This document shows, in pieces, positions 17,257-25,361 of a stretch of 64,000 nt of DNA. Every line of letters begins with the position of its first letter. Position 1 is the first letter of the stretch. This DNA is from a virus. Both the position numbers and the translations under genes were made by a program. A model generated the notes under the pieces. It did no database searches. It saw nothing but the letters and a program-made list of their open reading frames with translations, and was not told the origin of the DNA. The stretch spans positions 1-64,000 of IMG/VR virus record IMGVR_UViG_3300025137_000020; one strand, given 5' to 3'.

Positions 17257-17264
17257 TATTTATA
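17257..17264 (-). promoter_or_regulatory. T4-type late promoter for 16687-17208
   Basis: TATAAATA on the minus strand, facing the + strand late promoter. Confidence 0.7.
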
Positions 17265-17266
17265 AG

Positions 17267-17896
17267 ATGTCAACCGTAGCAAATTTCAATATAGACCAAG
17301 GGTCGAGCTTTAGTACAACTATTAATATCGAGACTACTTCAGCCGGAGTCTTTGAGCTAGACACATATTCTGCCCGAGGCAAGATAAGAAAATCCTATAA
17401 AAGTTCTTCTTACGTGTCATTTGGATGTTCTATCAGTAATAATTCACCAGCACAAGATACCATTACAGCGTCATTAACATCAGCGCAAACAAAATCAATG
17501 AAGCCTGGTAGGTACGTATATGACATAGAAGTCTATAACACTAATAGCGACGTGATAAGAATTGTAGAGGGCCAAGTGGAGGTGCTGGCTTCGGTGACTC
17601 AATCGAATCCATTATCTGAAGGCATAGAATTTAAGTACACCGAAGAGAACTACGTATCACACAGTATGTATCACCCAACGACTGGTGCAGAAGCTGTTGT
17701 AGCTACATATGCAGACCATCTAACATATATGGCACAAGGATATGTTCATGTATATCCAATTGGTGGTGGAGGAACCGCCGCAGAAAATTCACAGAGTGCT
17801 AGTGATACGGTCACATCAAGCGCTGCAGAATCCGCCAATGACACAACATCTAATTCACCCGGCGATTCTGGCGGAGAAACGAGCAACTATTATTAA
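17267..17896 (+). CDS. Virion structural protein (Ig/BppU-like domain) with C-terminal extension
   Basis: ANFNIDQGSSF...RKSY...LTSAQTKSMKPGRYVYDIEV...RIVEGQVEV is the common T4-like virion Ig-like motif. Confidence 0.75.
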   Translation: MSTVANFNIDQGSSFSTTINIETTSAGVFELDTYSARGKIRKSYKSSSYVSFGCSISNNSPAQDTITASLTSAQTKSMKPGRYVYDIEVYNTNSDVIRIVEGQVEVLASVTQSNPLSEGIEFKYTEENYVSHSMYHPTTGAEAVVATYADHLTYMAQGYVHVYPIGGGGTAAENSQSASDTVTSSAAESANDTTSNSPGDSGGETSNYY

Positions 17897-17904
17897 GTAG
17901 CACT

Positions 17905-20817
17905 ATGGCAGATATAAAAGCGACACTGACGAGTAATAATACATCTTTAACGGCTTCCATAAACCAAGATACACGGATAATTGCAAAGTCTTTTACTAAT
18001 GAATCAAGGGCTGCAATATTCGCAGATGCTAGTTTAACTGGAGTTCCTACTGCACCGACAGCAATAGCTGGAACAAATACTACTCAAATAGCTACTACAG
18101 AGTTTGTTACTAGCGCGGTTCAAGGCGAAGACACCATCGCTGAAATGAATGATGTTACACTAACTTCACTGGCCGATGGCGAAGTGTTAGTTTCAAGTTC
18201 AGGCAATTTTATAAATCAAACTTTAGCTGACGCAGGCATAAATGCAATAACTTTAACAACTGCCGCTCAACCAAATATTACGAGTGTTGGTACATTAACA
18301 TCAGCCACAATATCTGGTGACTTAACAGTTGATACCGATACCTTAAAAGTAGATTCGACTAATAATCGAGTTGGTATAAATGTTGCTGTACCAGCCGGTG
18401 ATTTACATGTTGTAGGAGAAACTGGAACAGCAGGAAGAATTTATCTGTCTGATGTAGATAACGGTATAGAAACTGTTAATTCTTTATTGATAACTAAATC
18501 AGGCACAAACGCTTATATATACAATAGAGATGGCGGAAATTTGGGACTTGGGTCTAATGACGATATCGATGCGGTAATAATTAAATCAGATGGCAATGTT
18601 GGTATAGGAACTACAACACCATCTGTAAAATTAGAAGTAGTTGGCAATGTCATTGCTGCAACACCAACCGCAGATACACACTTAACCACGAAGCTGTATG
18701 TCGATACTCAAGTTGCGGGTGTAGTTAATTCTGCTCCTGCGGCATTAGATACTTTAAATGAATTAGCAGCGGCTTTAGGTGACGACGCCAGTTTTGCTAC
18801 TACGACTGCTACATCTATTGGTGAAAAATTAGCTAAGGCAAATAACTTATCAGATTTAAATAATGTTGCTACCGCAAGAACTAATTTGGGACTAGGCACT
18901 GCAGCAACTACTGATTCAACTGCTTATGCTCCAGCGGCGGGTTCTTCTAGCATTACAACTGTTGGCACATTAACTTCATTAACAGTTACTGGACAAATTG
19001 AATTAACAAGTGGTGCGGTGTTATCTAGTCATGGTAATTTTAATATTGTAACCGGAACATGCCAAACTGCGGCTCAACCAAATATTACAAGTGTTGGAAC
19101 ATTAACAGGTTTAAGTGTAAGTGGCAATGTTGGCATAGGAACAACGAGTCCTCAAGGACATCTTGATATAAATACTGAAAATGCAGAAGCGACAGAAGTG
19201 TTTATTAATGGAGAAGCAAACCAGAGCAAGTATCTTAAAATAAGACAATATGAAGCATCAGAGGCGGGCCTGGGCAACAATTTAGTATATATAGCTTCTA
19301 AAGTTACTGGGGTAGGTGTACTTGGCTCTATTTCGGCTGCTGGCGCAGAAACGGATGCACTTCATTGGGACGAAAATGGCAATGTTGGTATAGGAACAAC
19401 GAGTCCAGCTAAGAATTTACATATAACACACTCGTCAGCACCTACTATAAGATTTGCAAGAGATTTATCATATTACTGGGATATCGGCCATACTGGTAGT
19501 GATTTTCAATTTACGTCTCAAACCCCAGGGGTTGTAATGCATATGAATCATGATGGTAACATTGGTATTGCAACAACTGACCCACAAACAAAACTTCACG
19601 TTAACGAAGGAATCATTCTTGCCGATGGTTCATCTACAAATCACGGTTTTGAATTAAGAAGAGACAGTTTTGATACTTTTCAAATGCGGCATTTGGGTGG
19701 TAATTTTACTATAAGAAATTTTACTGATAATCGCACTGACTTATCTATTGACGGGGCTGGCAATGTTGGTATAGGAACAGCAACACCGAGTGAAGCATTA
19801 GATGTTAATGGTAATATTAAAGCAAGTGGAAGTATAACTGGCAATAGTCTAACGTTAATAGATGGTCCGACATTAACTGCAGGATCGACTTCATTTTTAA
19901 CAGTCACAACTGATCATGGTTATGTAGCGGTTGGTCCTGCAAATACATCCTTTTCTCATTTTTCAACCGATAGAGCAAAATTTTACTTTAATAAGCAAAT
20001 TATTGTTGACGAAGGTATAGTAAGCGCTTATAACGAACATGATTTAATACTTACTACAGGTTCATCACCTACTACATCAAGTACAGGTGTATTCATTAAG
20101 AACAGTACGCACGAAGTTGGTATTAACAACAACGCGCCGACTGAAGCATTAGATGTTACAGGAAATATTAAAGCAAGTGGAAGTATAACTGGTGCGAACT
20201 TAGTTGCTACATCAACCGGTATTAAATTTTCTGATTACACATCTACATCAGTTGGAACGGCAACTACATCAATTGATCCAAACCAAAGTAATATTCCAGC
20301 TGATGGAGCTGGAAATGATACTACAACTGATTTAGCTGTAGATCAAACAGGTAACGTAGTAAGAACGACTCAAGAGGCAACCTGGACTTTTTCAAGAGCT
20401 GAAATTGATGGTTTAGCGGCTGGTACTGCCGGCGCTGCTACACTTATCAATGCGCCTGGTACAGATAAATTTGTTATAATAGAAAAAGCTACATTTTTGT
20501 TAAACTATGCTTATAATGGCGGGACGATGAATAGTGGACAGAGCTATGCGGTCGTCCAAGATGGTAACGCGTCTGATATTATCGCTGTAATGCCCGCGTT
20601 AAGAGTACTCAATATTACAAAAAGTGGCCAAAGTGCATCAAGCAGTGATACGTATGGAATATTTGAACACGATACTGGCTATTCTACTTTAAATAGAACC
20701 TACAAACCAAACAAAGCAACGATATTTAGAAAAGCAAGTTCTAGTACACTCGCTACAGCCGTCACCTCAATGACTATTAAAATAAGATATAGAGTTTACG
20801 ATGTAGCATCGTTTTAA
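17905..20817 (+). CDS. Tail fibre / fibre-like virion protein
   Basis: LTGVPTAPTA..GTNTTQIATTEFV, APAALDTLNELAAALGDD, repeated TAAQPNITSVGTLT and GNVGIGTTxP beta-repeats. Confidence 0.8.
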   Translation: MADIKATLTSNNTSLTASINQDTRIIAKSFTNESRAAIFADASLTGVPTAPTAIAGTNTTQIATTEFVTSAVQGEDTIAEMNDVTLTSLADGEVLVSSSGNFINQTLADAGINAITLTTAAQPNITSVGTLTSATISGDLTVDTDTLKVDSTNNRVGINVAVPAGDLHVVGETGTAGRIYLSDVDNGIETVNSLLITKSGTNAYIYNRDGGNLGLGSNDDIDAVIIKSDGNVGIGTTTPSVKLEVVGNVIAATPTADTHLTTKLYVDTQVAGVVNSAPAALDTLNELAAALGDDASFATTTATSIGEKLAKANNLSDLNNVATARTNLGLGTAATTDSTAYAPAAGSSSITTVGTLTSLTVTGQIELTSGAVLSSHGNFNIVTGTCQTAAQPNITSVGTLTGLSVSGNVGIGTTSPQGHLDINTENAEATEVFINGEANQSKYLKIRQYEASEAGLGNNLVYIASKVTGVGVLGSISAAGAETDALHWDENGNVGIGTTSPAKNLHITHSSAPTIRFARDLSYYWDIGHTGSDFQFTSQTPGVVMHMNHDGNIGIATTDPQTKLHVNEGIILADGSSTNHGFELRRDSFDTFQMRHLGGNFTIRNFTDNRTDLSIDGAGNVGIGTATPSEALDVNGNIKASGSITGNSLTLIDGPTLTAGSTSFLTVTTDHGYVAVGPANTSFSHFSTDRAKFYFNKQIIVDEGIVSAYNEHDLILTTGSSPTTSSTGVFIKNSTHEVGINNNAPTEALDVTGNIKASGSITGANLVATSTGIKFSDYTSTSVGTATTSIDPNQSNIPADGAGNDTTTDLAVDQTGNVVRTTQEATWTFSRAEIDGLAAGTAGAATLINAPGTDKFVIIEKATFLLNYAYNGGTMNSGQSYAVVQDGNASDIIAVMPALRVLNITKSGQSASSSDTYGIFEHDTGYSTLNRTYKPNKATIFRKASSSTLATAVTSMTIKIRYRVYDVASF
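19791..20192 (+). repeat. 51-bp direct repeat within the fibre gene (19791-19841 and 20142-20192)
   Basis: tgaagcattagatgtta..gg.aatattaaagcaagtggaagtataactgg, 3 mismatches. Confidence 0.85.
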
Positions 20818-20823
20818 ACAATA

Positions 20824-22296
20824 CTACATAGGTACTGGGTGAGTTTTAAAGTCTAACTCTTCTTTTTCATAGATACCGATTCGTTCTATTCCGTGACCAA
20901 GAGTATAGTTCTTTCTAGTCTTCCAACTAAAGTCATCACATATATCGTATACCTTAGCAGGTTGCCCGCTTTCTGACTTTCTTAGTGAACGACCAATAGA
21001 TTGAAGAACTCTTACCTGGCTCTTCGTAGGAGCAGCGAATACCATATTGTGAAGATTCTTTATGTTGATACCAGTTGAGAACGTTCCAAGTGAAGCTACA
21101 ATAATAGCATCCTTTTCTTTTTCTACTAAGGTTCTGATTTCTTCTCTGTCAATAGCTCCAACTTCACCCGACACATAGAATACTTTTCTATCAATCTTGG
21201 CTGCATCTCTAATCAATTTAAATAATGGTTTGCCGTGTTTCTCTACAAGATTGAATAGAACTAAGGTGTTACCCTTTTGAGCTATCGCAAGATTCTTAAT
21301 AAAGTTATTTCTTTTTTCGTGAGCTACTATGTATTGTACTTCTTCTTGGTATGTCTTTTTGCCAAAAGCTTTTTTCTCAGCATCTGGATATTGCATATGT
21401 AGTACATCGATAGACAGCGCAGAAAGAGTTTCTGATTCGATTAGCTTCTTCGTAGACGTCACATTAAAGGTAGGACCAAAGGCACCTTCTAATACAAGCT
21501 TATGCACTTTAGTTCCATCAAGAGTTCCCGTGGTTCCTATTCTTAACCACGCATTTCTTAGATGGCCCATTATAGTAGTTAATGATTTGGCTTTAAACAG
21601 GTGAGCCTCATCTCCCACAACCATTTCGTAATCTTCAAACCAATTGCGTGGCATCTTAAAGACTGATTGCCAGGTAGTGATTACAACTCTTTGGGGAAAC
21701 GAATCTTTTTCTTTTCCTGCATATATCTTATGGACTTGATCGGCCTCGAAGGTATCGTCATTAGAGGCATAGTCAGCAAAGTCTTTCCATAGTTGTTCTA
21801 CAAGAGAAGTCGTTGGAACTACAATCAGAGCATTCTTATTGGAAGCTTCGAGATACCAACGAAGTATCATATAAATCATAAGAGACTTACCAGAACCTGT
21901 AGGAGAAACCAAAAGAGAGCGTCTAAACTTTAACGCATGATTAATTGCTACAGATTGATAATCACGCAGACTGATAGGATTCCCGCTATTAGATAGGCTA
22001 AGTTCAGGTATATTACAATTTTCAGTATTCGCTTGTTGTATTTCATTAAGTATTTCGTATCCTCGTTGTGCTGCAAATTTCTCTACGTGGTATAGTAAAC
22101 CACTAGGAAGTGTGTTATTGCGGGTATCATATAGTCTTATCTTACCGTCCCACAGTTTATTACGGTATGAAGGTACAAATTTATATCCAGGTACATAGAA
22201 AGTAAAGAACTCACTTAGTTCCATTACGATACCAGAATCATTTGATTTTACGATAATATCAACTTCATCATTTTTGGTTATAACGATGTCACTCAT
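20824..22296 (-). CDS. uvsW: RNA-DNA/DNA-DNA helicase
   Basis: LRDYQ, SPTGSGKS, DEAH, GTTGT, LQSIGR SF2 motifs; N-terminal WDGKIRL. Confidence 0.97.
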   Translation of the reverse strand: MSDIVITKNDEVDIIVKSNDSGIVMELSEFFTFYVPGYKFVPSYRNKLWDGKIRLYDTRNNTLPSGLLYHVEKFAAQRGYEILNEIQQANTENCNIPELSLSNSGNPISLRDYQSVAINHALKFRRSLLVSPTGSGKSLMIYMILRWYLEASNKNALIVVPTTSLVEQLWKDFADYASNDDTFEADQVHKIYAGKEKDSFPQRVVITTWQSVFKMPRNWFEDYEMVVGDEAHLFKAKSLTTIMGHLRNAWLRIGTTGTLDGTKVHKLVLEGAFGPTFNVTSTKKLIESETLSALSIDVLHMQYPDAEKKAFGKKTYQEEVQYIVAHEKRNNFIKNLAIAQKGNTLVLFNLVEKHGKPLFKLIRDAAKIDRKVFYVSGEVGAIDREEIRTLVEKEKDAIIVASLGTFSTGINIKNLHNMVFAAPTKSQVRVLQSIGRSLRKSESGQPAKVYDICDDFSWKTRKNYTLGHGIERIGIYEKEELDFKTHPVPM

Positions 22297-22302
22297 AGTA
22301 GT

Positions 22303-22310
22303 TATTTATA
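22303..22310 (-). promoter_or_regulatory. T4-type late promoter (uvsW)
   Basis: TATAAATA 6 nt before ATG 22296. Confidence 0.8.
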
Positions 22311-22757
22311 CTACCCGCCAGCTGAAAATCTGCGCCAATCAATTACGTTCTTAATCGTAGAGTGTCTCCAACGAATCACATTCATTATTTCTTCTAGTGT
22401 ATCAACTAGCGTTTGTTGGTATTCTATCTTAGCAACCAACTCTTGAATGTGTGGGTCTGAATCATAGTAATAATCCATATCACCTTTAAGTGGTTTAGTT
22501 CCACCCTTATACGGATCGTAGTCCCAACCCTTTGAATCCATATCTTCTTTAGTCATCTTGCCTGTATAATATAACCACTTGTCTTTTTTAAGTGAAGCAA
22601 TCTTTAGATTCAATCTCTTAAGTTGTAGTTTAGACACAGTTAATATTTCAAGATACTTCGAATGAAGCTTTGGTGTATCAGTAGAAGACTTGTCCAAATC
22701 GATATCATCAATCGGAGCATCTTTCTTCCACATTTCTAGTATTTGCTCAATAGTCAT
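22311..22757 (-). CDS. uvsY: Recombination mediator
   Basis: W.KD..ID...LD......PKLHSKYL, KWLYYTGK, IKNVIDWRRF; adjacent to uvsW. Confidence 0.93.
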   Translation of the reverse strand: MTIEQILEMWKKDAPIDDIDLDKSSTDTPKLHSKYLEILTVSKLQLKRLNLKIASLKKDKWLYYTGKMTKEDMDSKGWDYDPYKGGTKPLKGDMDYYYDSDPHIQELVAKIEYQQTLVDTLEEIMNVIRWRHSTIKNVIDWRRFSAGG

Positions 22758-22831
22758 TTAGTCTTAGCATAGCAGAATGCAATAAATACTGCAACGGCTA
22801 GCGCAATTATCATTTCAATATCATTTTCCAT
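22754..22831 (-). CDS. Small membrane peptide (25 aa)
   Basis: MENDIEMIIALAVAVFIAFCYAKTK. Starts 5 nt after late promoter 22837-22844; its TGA overlaps the uvsY ATG. Confidence 0.55.
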   Translation of the reverse strand: MENDIEMIIALAVAVFIAFCYAKTK

Positions 22832-22851
22832 AGTATTATTTATAATTTTTG

Positions 22852-23442
22852 TTAAAGGGTAACTAAGATAAGAGATTTGTCACTATTGTGGTCTTTAAAG
22901 AAATCTTCGTTAATAGTTGCTGAAGCGTGTAGGTTGAATGGCTCAGCTGACATATTTAATTTTCTCCACCCAGCCTTTCTTAAATCTAAATTAACTCGCG
23001 TATTAGGAAAAGATGTAACGAGAAGATATTTTGCACCAGCTCTTTTGATATTTGCGATAGCCGTAGAAACGTCGTGGTTTGATAAATGTACAAAGCAATC
23101 ACGAACCAACACTAGATCGACCGTCGGAAGAGTGTCTGATATAACATTAAGACATCTAAAGTCTATGTCTTTATACGTAATGCGATTCTGTTCTATCAAA
23201 GGTTCTACGATATCTGCACCAATATAATCGCATGCTAAATCAATCTCTTTCATGTAATTGAAGTCGCCACAGGGAATATCCAACATAGACTTGATTTCCC
23301 ATGTCTTTATTAAAGTTGGAATTTTATTTACAATAGTTTTAGTTTGCGCGAGTTCGCTTCCTTTGCCGCTTCTACTCTCATTGCTCTGCCAGCGATTAGT
23401 TCTGTAAATTTTAGTGAATTCTTCTTTCAAATCTCTAGACAT
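22852..23442 (-). CDS. Class I SAM-dependent methyltransferase
   Basis: ESRSGKGS, MLDIPCGDFNYM (motif I), YIGADIV, DLVLVRDCFVHL. Confidence 0.85.
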   Translation of the reverse strand: MSRDLKEEFTKIYRTNRWQSNESRSGKGSELAQTKTIVNKIPTLIKTWEIKSMLDIPCGDFNYMKEIDLACDYIGADIVEPLIEQNRITYKDIDFRCLNVISDTLPTVDLVLVRDCFVHLSNHDVSTAIANIKRAGAKYLLVTSFPNTRVNLDLRKAGWRKLNMSAEPFNLHASATINEDFFKDHNSDKSLILVTL

Positions 23443-23449
23443 AATATAT

Positions 23450-23478
23450 ACTATAACACAAAGTGCGCTATTTGTAAA
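23450..23478 (-). promoter_or_regulatory. Sigma70-type promoter of the methyltransferase (TTTACA-17-TATAGT)
   Basis: TTTACA aatagcgcactttgtgt TATAGT, 7 nt before ATG 23442. Confidence 0.7.
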
Positions 23479-23483
23479 GACAA

Positions 23484-23984
23484 TTATCTAATAAACTCGA
23501 ACCGGTTATACCTAAAGGTTACCGAACACGTTACATATTCAACTGAAGTATCTTGAGTTGTAAAACTTAAGTCTCCCAATGAAGTAGGAAATGTATCAAC
23601 AAATCGTATTTGTTTATTGATTGTGGCTTTATTAGTTTGAATAGATAGCGTAATATCTTTTAGCTTTTCTTCGTGGTTAAAGCTAGTCTTTTTAGTTGTG
23701 CTTACATTATGGTCAGCATTCTTTTTAATCCAACTCTGTATTTCGATATAGTTTTGCATCTCTTCATCGACAATGAAAGTAATATCAAATGTACCGTACT
23801 CTAGGGTGTCACCTGGAAAATACGAGTTTCTATTACCATATCCCTGCAATATTTCAGAAGCCGATAACGCTGGTACATTCGCCGCTGTACAGAAGAACTG
23901 TACATTAGCAAATTCTTTTGAGTCGATAGTCACCTTAAAATTGCCAGGTGAAAGCATGTTTAAATTGTCTGTTAGATTACTCAT
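23484..23984 (-). CDS. gp3: Tail completion / tube terminator protein
   Basis: NMLSPGNFK...FFCTAANVP...PGDTLEY..F..TFIVDEEMQNY.EI..W...FPTSL; follows gp23; late promoter at 23990-23997. Confidence 0.88.
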   Translation of the reverse strand: MSNLTDNLNMLSPGNFKVTIDSKEFANVQFFCTAANVPALSASEILQGYGNRNSYFPGDTLEYGTFDITFIVDEEMQNYIEIQSWIKKNADHNVSTTKKTSFNHEEKLKDITLSIQTNKATINKQIRFVDTFPTSLGDLSFTTQDTSVEYVTCSVTFRYNRFEFIR

Positions 23985-23998
23985 ATATCTATTTATAC

Positions 23999-24027
23999 AA
24001 AAAAGGAGGCCCCGTTAGGAGCCCCCT
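23999..24027 (-). terminator. Rho-independent terminator after gp23
   Basis: GGGGGCTCC-TAAC-GGGGCCTCC hairpin followed by a T run on the minus strand. Confidence 0.85.
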
Positions 24028-24054
24028 TAAAAGAATCTTTAGTTTTCGTAAAGA

Positions 24055-25308
24055 TTACAGACCTGCAACGTTGAACTTCGCGAAGTACGGATTTGCACCC
24101 GGTGCGAAAGGACTGTCGTTCTTACCTGCTGTGTATGCTTGAGCAAACGGATTTGCTGTCATGCCATAACGAGTCTTGAACGCGATACGTGGCTGGAAGT
24201 CTTCCTCGCCTACAGCCTTCACCATTGTGAGTGGGACGTATGGGCAATAGAATAGACCGGCATCGTAAGGAGAAGCTCCACGATATCCAACAACCACTGT
24301 TTCAGTAGCTGCATAAGGGTCTACATAGACTTTAAGCGAACCGTTAAGTGTACCAGCAAATGTGGATACTTGAGCGTCAATGTTAAGACCATTCTTCTCA
24401 AGAGCTTCACCATACTGGAGGTATCCAGATGCGGCAAGAGCTGAACCAATATTTGGGGATACGATAACGAAGTTACCTTTACCACGACGAGTTGCAACAC
24501 CAATTGCATTAGCAGTTTTATCGATTTGATATGCTAGTGCTTGGAACTTCTCTTGAGCCCAACGAGCGCCAAGATTGTCATTAGCTGTATCGCCATCGAA
24601 TCCGGTACCTGGTGAACCAACAGCAGTATCGATCGCATCAGACTTGATTCTGTCAATCATCTCACGATTGATTTCCGAAAGGATTTCAGTTGAGAGGATA
24701 TTAGCAAGTTCAGCTTCAGCATCAAGACCATGAATTGCTTTAAGGTCTTGTGCAAGTTCCATTGTGTAACCAGCTTTAAGAGCACGAGTCTTAGCTTCAA
24801 CGCTAGACTTGCGAATCTCGAAGCCCATTGCATTCATCTTAGTGCCATCAGAGGCAGTAGAGATAAGAGCTTCACCATCAGCAGTTGAATGACCAGTACC
24901 TGGAGAATCACCAGAGAAAGCAGTTTCTGCTTCATCGAATAGCGCTTCAGCACCAGATGTTACACCAGTAGCTGTATTAGCTTTGTACTGAGATACCATA
25001 GAGAATACAAGACCAGTTGGTCCACTCATTGGCTGAACACCAGCTACGTCATACGCAATAAGCGATGGCATAGCACGACGTACAAGAGCAATCAATACTG
25101 GGTCGAAGTTCTGTGCAGAACCGGCAACTGTATCGTTAGTTTCATTGATTTGAAAACTAGAGTGCGATGCGGTTTCGCGCAGAGCTTTTTCTTGATTTTC
25201 AAGCAAAACGGCAGTAACCGCTTTACGATATGAGTCCTTAATTGGGGCGCAATCGCCATGTTCCAATAGAGGAGCCCACTTCTTTTGAGCATTTTCTGAA
25301 TTAAACAT
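24055..25308 (-). CDS. gp23: Major capsid protein
   Basis: KWAPLL, DPVLIALVRRAMP, GVQPMSGPTGL, ELAQDLKAIHGLDAEAELANILSTEI, YDAGLFYCPYVPL, FQPRIAFKTRYG. Confidence 0.99.
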   Translation of the reverse strand: MFNSENAQKKWAPLLEHGDCAPIKDSYRKAVTAVLLENQEKALRETASHSSFQINETNDTVAGSAQNFDPVLIALVRRAMPSLIAYDVAGVQPMSGPTGLVFSMVSQYKANTATGVTSGAEALFDEAETAFSGDSPGTGHSTADGEALISTASDGTKMNAMGFEIRKSSVEAKTRALKAGYTMELAQDLKAIHGLDAEAELANILSTEILSEINREMIDRIKSDAIDTAVGSPGTGFDGDTANDNLGARWAQEKFQALAYQIDKTANAIGVATRRGKGNFVIVSPNIGSALAASGYLQYGEALEKNGLNIDAQVSTFAGTLNGSLKVYVDPYAATETVVVGYRGASPYDAGLFYCPYVPLTMVKAVGEEDFQPRIAFKTRYGMTANPFAQAYTAGKNDSPFAPGANPYFAKFNVAGL

Positions 25309-25361
25309 TTTTAATAATTCCTTTTCTATTTGTTGTTAGTTTAGTTAAATGTGACTATGGG

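Noticed and set aside
17905-20817. Possible diversity-generating retroelement or shufflon in the fibre gene
   Set aside because: Repeats are short, in-frame and direct, differing mostly at synonymous sites. No RT, template repeat, invertase or inverted crossover sites in the window.
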